From Anthoceros angustus (taxonomy: Eukaryota > Plantae > Anthocerotophyta): 64,000 nt of DNA. The DNA is taken from NCBI GenBank assembly GCA_010909165.1, contig VJWM01000019.1, positions 62,001-126,000 of the forward strand, in the 5' to 3' direction. The position numbers and the translations under genes are program-made. Positions 12,751-26,289 of the stretch are shown here, piece after piece. The notes under the pieces were generated by a model that worked only from the letters and a program-made list of their open reading frames with translations, was not told the origin of the DNA and ran no database searches. Position 1 is the stretch's first letter. Every line of letters begins with the position of its first letter.

Positions 12751-14959
12751 AACAGGGGTGCGTCAACGACAAGCGGGGTGGATGCAAGCTTATAATCAAG
12801 CAATATGGTGAAACTAGTTAGTGTGTTCAATGTAATATTGGGTCTGACTTAAGGCTGGTGATGCCTCCATGCGGAAGGGCATCGCCCTTTTCATCGGTGG
12901 GAGAGTAGGCCGTAACTAAGGGCAGCCCTCCATAGGAGCCCCCCGAGTACCTTTTGGCAGGGCAATCCCTTGCTTGGCAACCCCAACGACAAGTGTAAAC
13001 TTGGGCCTGCTTCTACTGTAGCTTCTATTATAAACTGCCTAGGCATCACCAATGTGATTGCCGCAAACATCATGAGGCCGTCCGCGAGCGCTCTGATATG
13101 CGGCACACCTTTAACTACGAGTGCGTGGGGCAGAGGGGGATGGGGGGATCTGCGCGTGCTTGCAGGATTCCCTTCCGCGATTTCAGCCGCTGCAGTGTGA
13201 AAAAGGGCCATGCACCAATGTGTATATGCTCCCCAAACCAAATTGTTGCCAGGCCAGTCTTGTAAGGGGCATCCAGGGCTTGGGCATTAGCATCAGCATT
13301 GGCATCGGCATCTGAGTTACCAGTGACCACAAATCTATTCCAGATTGGGCATTTCAATGCTGAAATTAAGAGACCATCAACATTGGAGATGGCTGACGCT
13401 ATCCATAATGTCGCATGCAATGAAGCAGCACATTGGGAGGCAATTCTTGCATTCAAGGGGGCGTAGAGGACATTGTTGTAGAAGCAAAGTGCGATCAACC
13501 TCTATGATTGGTGTGTCGCCCAAGGCGTGATTTAATGGACAATTGGTGTCTAAGCGCTTCATATTGATGGTGTTTTGCCGTGGAGTCTGATATCATTGGC
13601 CTAGGAATAGGGAAATTGAGAGAGAAGGGGCAGTGTGCCTTGCCCGCTGGGAAAAGCATGTTTTAAAGGGTTCGATTCAGGTATCTTCTTGGATCTCAGG
13701 ATGAGCGAGTTGTTATGAATCACTAAGGGAGCAATTCATGACTATCTGACCTAGTTTCTCAGGAGATCAAGGTTGATGTGAAGACTTGTGTGTGTCCAAA
13801 GGCAGAGTTTGAGGGAGGCAATATTTGGGATGTTGTCATAGTTCGTGTGGTTATAATGGTCAAATAGCCAACTATCATAGGTTGTCGATGGCTTCGACCC
13901 TCAAATGGATAGATAGCTGATCCTTTCTCCACTGTTTGCCAAGATATAGATAGGGCCTAAGGCTTGTCATAACCATCAAGGTCAGGAGACTTGCGCTGAT
14001 ACCATGAACAATGTCTCTTAGCATAGGGGTTTGTCTCCGAACCCCATTTTGGCCCCAACCATCCAGAAATGCACATGTCTCATTTCACTGTTTTCAGCGA
14101 TTTGCGAACCCACAGCCCATGCATCCGAGCCCAAAAGAAGACCTTAATGTGCCGAGCGTCCGCACAAATGCCGGACACACCTTTGTACCAAGTGGCCGGA
14201 TGACTGGCGCACTTATGCTCCAAAGAGCTGGAGTGCGCCGGACGTCCGGCAAACTTATACTCCAAAGAGGTACAATGCACCGGGTTTGGAGAGGACTGCG
14301 TTGATATTTATGCAGGCAAACACTTTCGTTTAAGTTGCCTGTGCACACTAGCCACCGCACCAACTCTCACATTAATTCTCTTTTCAAACCCCATGATTCA
14401 GAGCAATCCCAGACGGCAGGCATACCCTGTTTGACCTGCCCCCTCCATGTCGGAGATAAGGTGCACTTAGATTTGCAGCTTTAGGCCCGCAGGCGAGAAT
14501 TGGGCAAGATAAAGGATGGTGAGGCCTCTCAACTCTTCTTGATCAAACTCTTCGGAGCTTACATTTCTTCTTGTCAAGTCCGTACCGCTTTCAACCTTAG
14601 TCTACCCATGGGTGGCACATGGTGCAAGTCAGATCTCTTGGTGAAGCTCGGATATAGTTCGTCTCTGAACACCTAGCTGCACCACAGCTGTAGTGGGCAT
14701 CATAGTGGGTATAGCAGGTCCTCCTTCAAAGCCTCACTGAAATACTCAGCCATTTGGTCAAAATCCCCAGCTAAGGCGATAAGCCCTCTTTCTTCAGATA
14801 CTCGTTGGCTCTCACTAGGGCTCGCAGTGGCCAGGCAGATGCTCTCTTATACTTGTGTTCGACTGCATCCGATAGGCTTTCATTACTCAAGGAAAAATCA
14901 TCTATTCTCTTTATTTTCTTGCTTCTCTGCAAACATTGTGAAACATTATCGTCTTCAAA

Positions 14960-16320
14960 AGGTTGGCCATCAGAAACCACCATCATACATGTCAAATTTT
15001 AGAAAATGTATAAACATTTATGAAGTTTGCAGTTTTATGGGTTTAGCTTCTGTGTACAGGAGATTTGTACATATGTTTGCTAAGATAACAGCCCCCATAA
15101 CTGACCTCTTAAAGATGACGAAAGCTTGGAAGTAGGATGCTGAATGTCAAGCAGCATTTGAATACTTGAAGATGAAATTGAGTATTACTCCAATATTAGG
15201 AATGTATGATTCCATGAAGGATGTGTAAGTGTACAGCGATGCCTCAGACATGGCCATAGGTGGAGTGTTGATGCAAGACCATAAGCTGATAGCTTTTGAG
15301 TCAAGGAAATTGCATCCTTGAGTTGAATTATCGTACCTATAAAAAGGAAATGATTGCTGTCATTTATTGTCTGAAGGTATGGAGACACTATCTCTTTGGC
15401 AGATCTTTTGTGCCCTATATTGATAATATTAGCACAACATACTTCTCTGATCACTTGAAGTTGAACGCGAGACAAGCTAGATGGCAAGATTTCCTAGCTA
15501 TGTATGATGTGACTCTCAAGTATAAACCTGGAAAAGAGAATAAGGTTGCAGATGCGCTGAGTCGCAAAAAGAGTCAGGAGGTAAAGACAATGGCAATACT
15601 AGTTGAATCTATGGACACTCAGAAACAGATTAAGAAAGCATATCTGCAGGATCTAGATGTTCAGGACTAGATTAATGGAATAGAGTAGAAAGGAAGCAAA
15701 TTCAAACTGAGGGATGGTTTGTTGATACACAAATAGAAGAGGATTATGATCCCAAATTCTTCAGAACTGAAGAGCAAATTGTTGCTTGCTGAATGTCATG
15801 ATGTACCAAGTGCAGATCACCGTGGAATTGACCCCACTTATGAGAAGCTAAGGAAACTGTTTTATTGGCAAGGAATGTATCATGATACAGTGGATTATGT
15901 CAAGGCAAGTGTTGTTTGTCGCAGGATAAGGTGGATCAAGTTAAACCAAGAGGTTTGCCACAACCCTTACCTATTCCAAGTGGACCATGGAAGAGTATCT
16001 CCGTGGATTTCACCATGCTTTTGCCACCCATGTACAACTATCATGATAGTGGTAGATAGATTCACCAAACAAGCACATTTCATCCCAACAAAGAAATGAG
16101 TGACATCTTCTAAGGTAGTCAATTTGTTTAAAAAATATGTATACAAATACCATGGCTTGCCCATGCAAATTGTGAGTGATAGGGATCCAAGGTTCACGGG
16201 AGAATTTTGGCAGCATTTGATGAGAAGCTTGAATGTGGAATTATGTATGAGCATAGCTTACCATTTTGGCAGAATTTAATAAAAAGCTTGAATGTGGAAT
16301 TATGTATCAGCATAGCTTAA
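14960..16320 (+). mobile_element. Decayed Ty3/Gypsy LTR retrotransposon pol (RT end, RNase H, integrase)
   Basis: SFMGLASVYRRFVHMFAKITAPITDLLK; KEMIAVIYCLKVWRHYL...LNARQARWQDFL...YKPGKENKVADALSR; integrase zinc-finger remnant ECHD...HRG; IVVDRFTKQAHFIP; IVSDRDPRFT. Multiple stops and frameshifts. Confidence 0.95.
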
Positions 16321-16367
16321 GACATTATGTCTTCCTATTACAATTGCAATTGGGGATGCCGATTGGC

Positions 16368-16436
16368 GACGATGGCAGCCCGTTGTACAGAACTTAGACT
16401 GGACGATGGCAGCCCGTTGTACAGAACTTAGACTGG
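16368..16436. repeat. Two-copy tandem repeat of about 34 bp
   Basis: GACGATGGCAGCCCGTTGTACAGAACTTAGACTG repeated twice. Confidence 0.9.
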
Positions 16437-19436
16437 CCGTCAGTAGGTAGTTATCTTCACGAGGGACATATGGACAACATCACTCGGATATGGTCCCTGG
16501 ACTTGACATGCTTTGAACATAGCGAGATTTGTGCTCAGCAACAATCCTCTGACCTTGGCTGCATGTGCGGGCAACAGCAAATTCTTCCTGCTCTCACCCG
16601 ATACTTATGCATCATCTCTCACAAAAGGGTTCCCGTCTCCTGCCTTGAGGATTGACATTCATAGCAGTAAACTTTGCAGCTTCAATCCAGTCGGACAATA
16701 AGGACATTCTGCCCTCTTTCACAGAGATCTGCCACAGCACGCATCTATATGTACGACAATTCTTAAAATTACAATTGTATTCATTCGGTTCAGCACGAGC
16801 ATGGAATTCACGCTGACAAAATCAAGGGTAGCCACCAGAAACTGTACATAAATGTACGAAAATCTTTCCTTCGACGCACGCAAGCATTTGAAACACAGAA
16901 GAGAGTTAACATGGCAAACGCATGCCTTAAAATCGTCCACCACGTCCACAAGAAAAACGTTCCCCTCCCTAACCTTCCGGCTAGCCACTACGAGATGACA
17001 TAGCTAAACCACATTCCTAACAAGTCCGTACGCGACAAGCATCAAGCCAAGAGTCTCCGCCTTCTGCACCAGCGGGGCCCGCAATTCACAGCGAAAGAGA
17101 TCAAATTCCGGCATCACGCTACAACAAACCCTAGAGGAAGACCAGGACATGAGTCGGCAACGCTAGAAAGCATGTCCTCGACTCCGAAACAGCTGAAGAA
17201 GCAAAGAGAGAGCGGCGATGTTGCTGGCTGCAGGTGTTAAACGCGACCAATTCTGCAGCCAAGCCAGGTCTGGAGCCACCGAAGGTCGGAACCAGCCGCG
17301 TGGCGGCGCATTACACGTTCCCGGGCGCCGCTACACAGCGAGACGCAACACAACACGGCAGCTCCCGCAAAAGGCGTGTGCAAGAAGCATGATCCACCAT
17401 CCTATCCAGTGCGAGGGCGCACCGGCACCACAAGCGCAGAGCGGCCGCAAGCAGGGGAATAGCAAATGCGGTATCGCCGGGAACCGCCAGTTTCGCCACT
17501 TCCGCCACAAAAGCGCAGGTAAGCAAACCAGTGAACCCGGACCGGTTTAGGGCCCGCAACGGGGCCCAGGAATCTCCCTGACGTGTACCTAATGCAAGCA
17601 CCGGTAACCGGGTACCACTTGGTGGGCCTCCCGAAGGTGCACGTGGCGCCGGTTATGGATGCAGTGAGATGCAGCGGGCGCGGCCTACACGGCGGCCACC
17701 GGGTACAGTGCCGGCCGGGTGCGGTGTCCGGGGACGTTGGACGAAACCAACCGTTCGCTTCCAAGCAGCGGGTGAAACGGGGGTGGTGAAAAGTGAAACC
17801 GCGGGGTGATTATTGGGTTGTGAGTCTTGCACGGCGCGACGGGCCCCGTCCAGGATGGTTAGTTACGAAGCGTCTGAACTAACCTTCAACGTATCATTGA
17901 GACACCTCTCCTTCCTCCTTTTGCTTGCTTTGCATGCTTGCTCGCTTCCTTCCTCCCTCCCTTCCTTCCGTCCTTCATCCTTTCCTTCCTTCCGTTGCTT
18001 GCTCTCCTTCCTCTCCGGGCTTCCTGTTCATCCATCCCTTCCTCCCCGCCCGCTGCTTCCGCCATCCTTCCCCTCCCGGCGTCGCGCGGTGTCGTGATCC
18101 CCTCCGCCTGGCCTTGCTGTCGCTGCTGCTGGCAATTCTGCGCCGCCTCAGGCTCTTTTTCGTCCCTTCCCGGCGCCCGGATTCCTGCTCCCATTCTCTG
18201 TACTCGCGTGCGCTGCTGCCATTGCAAGGCTTCCTCGGCGTGGGAGCATCTGGAGGCCGGATTCGGGCTGGCCTGGAGCGGAGCAGGGGAATTGCGGAGG
18301 AGGCGTGGGGCGGCGACGCGGGGCGAGGGAAGGCGAGGCATCCTCCCGTGGTGGGCAGTTCGTGGCTTGGCGCTGGAATCGCTGCGCGCCCGGTGCAGAT
18401 TGCGCTGCGCTGCTCGGAGGTGAAGGGAACTGCGGGGCCGGGAGGGGCGAGGCGCGGGACGGCGTCAGGGTTTGGGTGGGTGCTGCTGTTGCTGCTGCTG
18501 CCTGGGTGAGGTTGGGAGGGCGTGGGTTGTGTGGATTTGGAGGCTGGTGGCGCGGAATTGGAATTGTGCGGGTAGTGGCGGCTGTGGACCGATTCCCAGG
18601 CTGTTTTAAGTGGGAGGCATTGTGGGTTGGCGGGCGCGGGGGGAAATTGCTACCGGTTCGGGATTTGTGCTGTGCTTATGTGAGTGTGTGGAATTGGTCG
18701 GGGTTTGTGTGGGATCTGGGTATGTGTGGGGTGCATTTCGTGTTGCGTTTTCTGGATTTCGCTGCTGAGAGGGTTTGTGGTTGGATTCAGTGGCAGGCGC
18801 TACCGTCGGAGGGATTTTAGTCTGCACGCAGTATTGATTAGCTGATCCCTCCTGTTACAGTGCTTTCGGGAGTAACCCAGTTTGGTTGCTTGCGGGCGAG
18901 GTGTTTGGCATCGAAATTTGAGAGGTAGCTACTTCCGCACACATCCTGTTGTGTATGTATTGGTTTGCTGATGGTCCCTTCGTTCGCATCTGCTCTGAGC
19001 TCCAGTCGGTCTGTAGAGTGCACGGGTTTAGATTCAACTGCTGCCGCACGCTGAGTAGGCTTGATGGAGGGGGTTCTGACTATCTGCTTCTTCACATCTC
19101 GGCTATGGAGTTCAGCTGTCGCATGCATGCCTTGTTTGCTTGATTATGGTAGCAGGTTTGCTACTTGATTACAACTTCTTGCCAGCCGCCAGTTCCAAAC
19201 AGGCATGCTCTTAACAGGGCCGCCATAGCAAGCTCCTTTTCTCGGACCCACTGTCCTATTACAGGACAAGCTCTGTTGGCCTGGTTCTGCTGATTGTCCC
19301 TCACTTGGTGTGCCTGGTGTTCTGTGCTTCGTGAGGTAGGTCGAGATGTTGCTGGAGTCCGCTTGAATGTCTTCGTTTGATGCTTAGACTGTGGTGGTTT
19401 TTGTCTCTTCAGGCCAGTTGCTCAAGTGGATGACTC

Positions 19437-22400
19437 ATGGCAGCATCAATGAGCATCGACATCGACATAGCCAGCATGAATGGCATACATAATCCGGGAA
19501 TTGCGTTTGAGATCGAAATAGCAGAATGTGTTGGTGCCACTTCTCCTATACCGAAAAGAGTACTACAGCGTTGGCAAGAGACGCTGGACAACAAAGCCAG
19601 GTCTCCGACGAGCCTGGAGGAAATTGAGGCAAAGCTTAAAGAAGCAGATTCCAGACGACAGGTTCGTAGGTCGCTGTCTTCACTCCGTAAGCGTCTGTGA
19701 GTTTGCGTTTTTTTTTTTGGCTAGTTTTGAGATCCTCCGGCATGTCATGCAAATGAGCTGATTCGAGAAGGGTGTTGCAATCTCTGAAACAACTCGCTGT
19801 TTTTTTTGTGCTCTGCAGCAATTCCATGAGTGGCTGGTCAACAAAGCTCGCCCGAGACCAAGGACGACACCTGTTTCTCCCCAACATGAAGATCTTGCAC
19901 AACGTCTGGAAGCCAGGCTTTCCGCAGCCGAACAAAAAAGGTATGCTTCTGACATGTGGAGGGTGCGTTTCACAAGGTCCTTGCAACCGAGAAGCTGAGA
20001 CGCTAACTCCCCTTTCCGATTGCTACGGTTATCAGGTCAGAGCTTCTGGCACAGGAGCAGATGCGTCTAGCAAGGCTACACGAACTGCGTGTTGCAGCAA
20101 AAACGGAAGCGCAGCTCCGTGCTGAAAGGGAACGGGAGGAGCTAGACTTGCGAATTGAGTCGCGTGTGCAGCAAGCGGAGACGAATAGGCTGGCTCTGCT
20201 CGAGGCTGAAAGACAACGCAGGGCTGTGGCTCATGAAAGGATTGCACAGTCGGTGCTGCAACGTTCCAATCAGGAAGGACGGGATAAGGAGAGGATAGAA
20301 GCCCTTCGCACAGCGCTGTGCCAAAAAATTGCAGCTGCCGAAGAGAAACGTGCTGGTCTGATCGAAGCCGAGAAGAGCCGCGCCCAGGCGGCTGTCATGC
20401 AAGCCAGAACGGTGGCAAGAACGGTGTTGCGAGAGAGGGAACTGGAACTTAGACGAAAGCGAGAAAAACTGGAGGACCGCCTGCAAAGGGTATACTACAT
20501 ATCTATAATTTCGTATGTTGCTTTTGAATCGTTGCAAGGCTTGAGAGCGAGTTTTGCTTGGCTGTATGTTCTGCCCGCTGTACTCACGGTGACATCGCTA
20601 TGTCACAGGCCAAGAGACAGCGTGCGGAGTTTCTGCGACAGAGAGGTGGTTGCCGTGGAACTTGCCACAACCACGGCCACAAGCTGCACAAGCAGGGCGA
20701 CCAACTCTGCCGCCAACTTACGAGGTTAGTATCGCTTGAATAGTTCCGTGTGTTAGGGCTCTCAACCAACCTCTGGTGTGTGTTTAACATGGTTTGAGTT
20801 CGTTGGTTGCAGATGTTGGAGACAGTTCCGCCGGTCCAGGAGTACCACATATGCCTTGGCCCAGGATTATGCTTCATGTGCTATCAATCTGGAGTCTGTG
20901 TCTGCTCTTCCGTTTGAGCAATTGGCCGAAAGAATAACATCTCCTGCAACTTTGAGAGTCGTCAAGGCTCTGCTGGCCCGCGTAGAAAGCCGTCTCATGG
21001 TTTCCTGTGCTTCACAATCTAATGTTGCGGACTTGGTCCATCTTTTGAAACGATTGGCAACTCCAGTTAAAACCAGACCCACGTCAAGGAGGTCAGTGCC
21101 ACCGGGTGGCGTGAAGGGGGCTGCTAAAGAGAGTAGCAGATCTCAGAGTGCGGCTGCAAGAGCCAAGGATGGTCAGAGAGCCGAAGACAGAGAGCTGGAG
21201 AGATATCCTGCACGGGTGTTTCTTTGTGCTTACATGATATGTGGTCAGCCTGAGGCAGTGTTCAGCAGTAAAGGGGACCGTGAAGTTGCACTTGCAGAAG
21301 CTGCAGCAAAGCTTCTCCCCGAGTTTGAAACTTTGGTCTCAACGATTATAGATGGTCCAGCTGGAAGTCCACCGCTACCCTCCTCTCCCACCCATGGGCC
21401 CAACTTGATCATGGATGCAAGCCCTGCTCATCAAGGGTCACGGCCGTCGGCTTTCAGGCCTTTTGCTTCCCAGTTGTTGGCCTTCGATACAGCTTGGTGC
21501 ACCTATCTGTACCAGTTTGTGGCATGGAAGACAAAAGATGCTAGAGTGCTTGAAGAAGATTTGACTCGAATGGCATGCCAACTGGAGATGTCCATGCTGC
21601 AGAAGTGCAGAAGTGAGGAAGAAATGGATACAAGTGACTTGAGTCTTGATTCACAGGCCATTAGAAAGCAGGTCGGTCTCTCACCTTTGCTCTTGGACTT
21701 GCGTCTTGGAGCCCAACTGGTGGCAATATTGATTTTGTTCGTTCTTCTTCAGGTTGTTGAAGATCAGAAGCTTCTACGAGACCGAATCTTCCGACTCACA
21801 GGAGCTGCAGGTGCCGTGCGAATGGATGAAGCTCTGACAGAAGTCAAGTCTAAGTATGCAGAGGCCAGAGAGAATGGCACCCAGTTGCCTCCACCCTTTG
21901 TAGCTTCGCCTTCTGGATCACCACCAACCCCGTCCTCAGTCTCATCAGATACAGAAAGAGCTTCTGAAGGGGTGAAATCTAGGGCAAGAGTTGTCCGTTC
22001 CTTGTTCAAGTCTGCTAAGAAGGGGGAGAGTGCTCCTAAGGTGACCATGGAAGAACTTCTCAGAGATCACTCTTTCCAACTTCAGGGTGTGGGACTGACA
22101 AATGAACAGATGGTCAATGAGATACTTCATGATCCAAGTTGGGCATTGCCGGCAAGTCCGGCTCAGCAAGTCAATCCTGGTGAAGGACCTAGCTCATTGT
22201 CCAGCAAGGTAGTCGAGGTGCAGGTGAGCGATCCTGGTTGCATTTCCAACCCTGGTGGTTCTGAGGGAAACCACCAGTTAATGTTTATGGCCGGTACAAG
22301 GTCTTGCATCTAATTGTGAGGTTTTTTTATGAACACTGCAGGCACACATGCGGTCAACCATGGAGCGAGCTTTCTGGGACAGTATTGCAGAAGGTCTTGC

Positions 22401-24304
22401 TCAAAATCCACCTCATTATCAGCGAGTTGTAGGATTGGTGGCAGAAGTGAGGCAAGAGCTGGAAGCCATTGTCCCAGAAGGCTGGAAGGCAGAACTGCAG
22501 GAGTGCATGGACTTGGACCTTCTAACTCAGGTCTGTTTATATCTCTCTCCCGGTAGCTCTCCAAGGGGTTTGGCTTCTCTTTTTTGCTGATGCTAATGCA
22601 TTACCGTTATCCTTTGCACATTGGCACTTTCAGGACTGTTTTAAGTCTGACACATTTGTTTCCAGGTGCTTGAGTCTGGTATGAATGACTTCAACTATTT
22701 GAGGCGTTTATTAGACTATGCATCTAGCATTATGTTGAAGTTGGGGGCGCCAGTCCGAGATTCAGAGGCCAAAGCTGCTCATCGTTCCCTAGTGGATGAT
22801 TTAACAACTGCAGTCAGTATGCAAGGACATGATGCTTTTGCAAATGCTCTGGTGAAAGGTCTGCGATTCATTTTTGAACAACTTCAGGTTAGCTCATGGG
22901 ACCTTTTGCCCTCCTACTATCCACCTGCATGGTTTATGCAGCTTACTACTTCTTGCATGATTGTAAGTATTGATTTTGAATTGTTGCACAGGTTCTGAAG
23001 CAAGACATAAGTTCGATGCGCCTCCGTTCGCTGAAGCCTTTGATCACAGGCTCTGCTGGCATTGAGTACTTGCGCAAGGCTTTTGCAGAACGGTTCCAAG
23101 TGCCGCCTCCTCAGGCTGTTATGTCTGTTGCCGACAGCAAACTAGTTGCAGTTACAGCCAGTTTGCCACGAACTGCAGTGTGGATTGCGGAGGCGGAGCA
23201 ATTGCTGGGTACTGCAAGGAGTGAAGTGGAGGCAGCAGTTGCAGCCCTTGAACGTGTGGGGCAGGTATTCCCTCCAGCACCAGCTGGCTCGCCTGCAACA
23301 GGGCTGCCACCAGTGTTCGCGATGCGGACAGGCGGAAGAGTTGGAGGAATTGCCATCAATCAAATGGCGCAAGAAAATCCACAGAATCCAGATTCAGGTG
23401 CACAAACGATTTGTCTCTTGTCTACCTAGGCTTGTTGTGGTGACACAATGAAATGTTTGCTGGAAAGCTTAAATGTTAAGATGGTGGAATGCAGCTGAAG
23501 TGCAGCAGAGGAAGGTTGATTGGAGGTCCAATGGTATTATTGTCCGCCTTGGGTTGCTGCAAATTATCTGCAAGTCAGAGGGCGCAACCGAAGACTCTCT
23601 TCCAGAGACTTTAGGTCTCAATACGGGAAGAATCAGGGAATCACAAGCAGAGTTCCAAAGTATCACTGTTACAGCGACAGGGTGAGCCTTTTCTGTCTAG
23701 GCAGACTAGTTTAATTGTGATCTACTTACCGTTAGCTTTTGAGACTGCTGACCCTGTTGATGCATGCTGTGCTTACTATTGATATCTGAGCGTTGTGGGC
23801 CCCCCCTTCGACAGGTTGCTGCTTGCAAGGCAAGGATTGATTGGACGTGGCGTTCATGGAGCTGAGCTGGAAACAACGTTAGAAAAGGGTTGGAAAGAGC
23901 TTGAAGCGTTGCTGAGTGAGCCTGGCACAACAGTTCCTCAAATTGGAGCTCTCTTGGCTCGAATATCGTCTGCAAATGCGACAGAAGCTGAGAAAACACT
24001 AGAGACCATCACAGCATGTGAAGAGTTGATGACACGGGTTCTGGGACGGAGCTTGGCTGCAGGTGACCCTGTCTTTTCCCGAGTATCAGCTGCGGTGAGG
24101 TCCAGTATTTGGGTGCTTCTGGCCTTAGGGAAAGGAGCCGAAGCGGTTGCCATTGTCGAGTTTATGCTCAAGAGGATCGGAGGAGGTTTTCTACTTCACC
24201 GAGTTATAAAAGCAGTGGATGCCATAGAGGTGGTGGCCGGCGTGACTTGCAAGGTGCATGAACCCTGGTATGCTGCTTGCATTCAAGCAGCTTCTGTAAT
24301 ATGA
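19437..24304 (+). CDS. Plant T-complex protein 11 (TCP11)-like protein, about 11 coding exons (19437-19661, 19819-19940, 20036-20489, 20609-20724, 20813-21671, 21753-22223, 22342-22530, 22666-22887, about 22992-23397, about 23494-23681, about 23815-24304)
   Basis: SLEEIEAKLKEADSRRQ|QFHEWL, EDLAQRLEARLSAAEQKR, QMRLARLHELRVAAK, RYPARVFLCAYMI, AFDTAWCTYLYQFVAWK, MERAFWD and VHEPWY match remembered plant Tcp11-domain proteins. Canonical GT-AG introns keep the frame. Confidence 0.9.
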
Positions 24305-24741
24305 TATCCTCTCGAAGCGGCCAGCAGTATCAATCGAGAGGTAATATTTGTACAGTACACATTGTGCAGCAAAGAGTAGGAGGCCAGATGATGCCTGTGT
24401 CTAGAATGTGTAGTTAGCGTTCTCTTCTGGTGGTATTAGGCGCATGGATGTAGAAACGGGTGCTACCATGACTGACCACTTGTATATAGCACCGATTCAT
24501 TTGATTGTTAGATAGAAGTACATTGCAAGTAAATATTCTTTGTAAATGAGATTAATCCCTGCAGCTTATCGCCTGTGGTAACTATGAGCCTCTTGGAGGC
24601 TTTGTATTAGGATATTCATTCAGAGTGAAGTGTAACACCCTTGTGACTTACATGTGTTGCGAACTCACATGGGGAATATGATTCTACTAGTAGACTGAAG
24701 GATAGTGCTAATCGTCACTGTACAGAAACCGGTTGTTGCAC

Positions 24742-25566
24742 TTAATTGCCGACGAAAATCTTCGTGGGTGGCAGGACATCACCGTCAAGCTGATACAGCC
24801 CTAGTGCTGGTCCCACAAATCTGAAAACCACCCAGCCCCCGGCTATCACGAAGATGAAGATGTAAGCAAGCTTGTTGATCCAGAACAGAACGCCTTTTTC
24901 TCCAATGTATAGCGACCAAGCCTTCTCTGGCAGTGTCATCTCATCCCATCCCTTTTGCCCCTTGGCGGATTTAGCGGGAGCTGCCACACTATCTCCTTGC
25001 CTGAGAAAACATAAGTGTGTCAGCAGAGAAAAAATCTGCTGTCTGCCGGATGCTCTTGTAGCAACAACTCGCTTGAGAGATCATAGACGAGAGGAAAGCA
25101 CCTTTTTGCAGACTTCCTTTTACTTCCAACTCCCAATCTCGCTTCCACCTCCTCAACGCCCAATTCCGAGTCCTCAGGTCCGGTGCCCTGGTCAGATTGC
25201 AAAAGAATCAGGTATGACAAATATGCCATACACGCACCAAACAAGTGCTCCCTTCCCTTCCCCATTGGCATTCTGTCAGAGAAATAGTCCTCCCGATACC
25301 TCATTCAGTCCCGCATGAACCTGCCACCTCCTGAGCCGCTTCTCTCGCACGGGACCATCCCTTTGCCAACCGCACTCAGAAGAAGAGGACGCAACGTCCA
25401 GGCACAGAGCCCGCCTGAGAGGAGAGAATGGAAGGGTAGCAGGCAGCCTACCAGGTCGGGCAAGGAAGGCAGCAGCAGAGGAGGTAGAAGACGGTGGGAC
25501 ATACGAAGGGGCAGCAGCGGGAATCGTAGGTGCGCAGAAAGAGAGAGACGCATTTGAGACGGCCAT
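24742..25566 (-). CDS. Conserved small plastid-targeted membrane protein of unknown function; exons 25566-25300, 25187-25102, 25000-24742
   Basis: Ser/Ala/Pro-rich transit-peptide-like N-terminus. C-terminal WDEMTLPEKAWSLYIGEKGVLFWINKLAYIFIFVIAGGWVVFRFVGPALGLYQLD includes one TM helix and resembles a conserved green-plant uncharacterised protein. Splice phases (0, 2) are consistent. Confidence 0.85.
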
Positions 25567-26046
25567 GAGACTGGCAAGGATCCTCCCCCCCCTAGTGCAA
25601 CGGGATCTGACCTTCAGCGCGGACGGAGCTGAAGAGAGACAAAACCCTTTATGTGTTGTGGAGTTCCTTTTATAGTCCTTACATGAGAGAGAGGCCGCGC
25701 GCCGGGGCCGGCTTCACACAGTACAGTAGTAGACTATCTCACTGCCTTCTCGTCGCCTTCTTCTGCTCTGCCTTCCTTCATAGCCTTGCATTTCCCTCGC
25801 CTCTCGCATTCCTTCCCGGGATCAGCCGCATCTGCGGTAGCGCGCGCGGCCAAGACATCTGCGGGCCGGCTCCGTCCTGAGGCGATGCGCAGGCTGAGCC
25901 TGGGCCTGAGCCTGAGCCTGAGCCTGCGAGATCGAGCGTGAGAGACGTATCAATCTCACAGTGGCCGCTACTGGTGTGTGCTGCAGCAGTGCAGGGGAGG
26001 GGAGGCGCAATTCAAGAAGCGTGACCTGACCGCCAGATCTGGTGCC

Positions 26047-26289
26047 ATGTCTGCCGCAACGTCAGTTCCCAAGTTCGGGTCGTGGAAATTGCACGAGTCC
26101 ACCATCGACTACTCTACGGCCTTCGCCCGCGCCCGCGAGAGCAGAGCGGAGAGCCGCGGGCTGGTGGCCTCCCATCTCTCCGACGACAAGGACGACGATG
26201 ACCTGGAGGAGTCCCGGTTCCACGACCCGCCGAGCAGGAAGTCCAAGATCCTCAGCTACTTCTGCTTCTCCCTGGGCCGCATGAGGTAG
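26047..26289 (+). CDS. Small NOI/RIN4-family protein, 80 aa, single exon
   Basis: N-terminal VPKFGSW (AvrRpt2-cleavage consensus VPxFGxW), then DYSTAFARAR (NOI YTxxF-like), and a C-terminal basic/Cys tail (KILSYFCFS) typical of membrane-anchored NOI proteins. Confidence 0.8.
   Translation: MSAATSVPKFGSWKLHESTIDYSTAFARARESRAESRGLVASHLSDDKDDDDLEESRFHDPPSRKSKILSYFCFSLGRMR

Noticed and set aside
12750-14800. Probable decayed TE or gene remnant
   Set aside because: No motif I can assign with confidence.
17200-18830. Several overlapping 100-190 aa ORFs
   Set aside because: GC-rich promoter/5' leader sequence with low-complexity translations and no recognisable domain.
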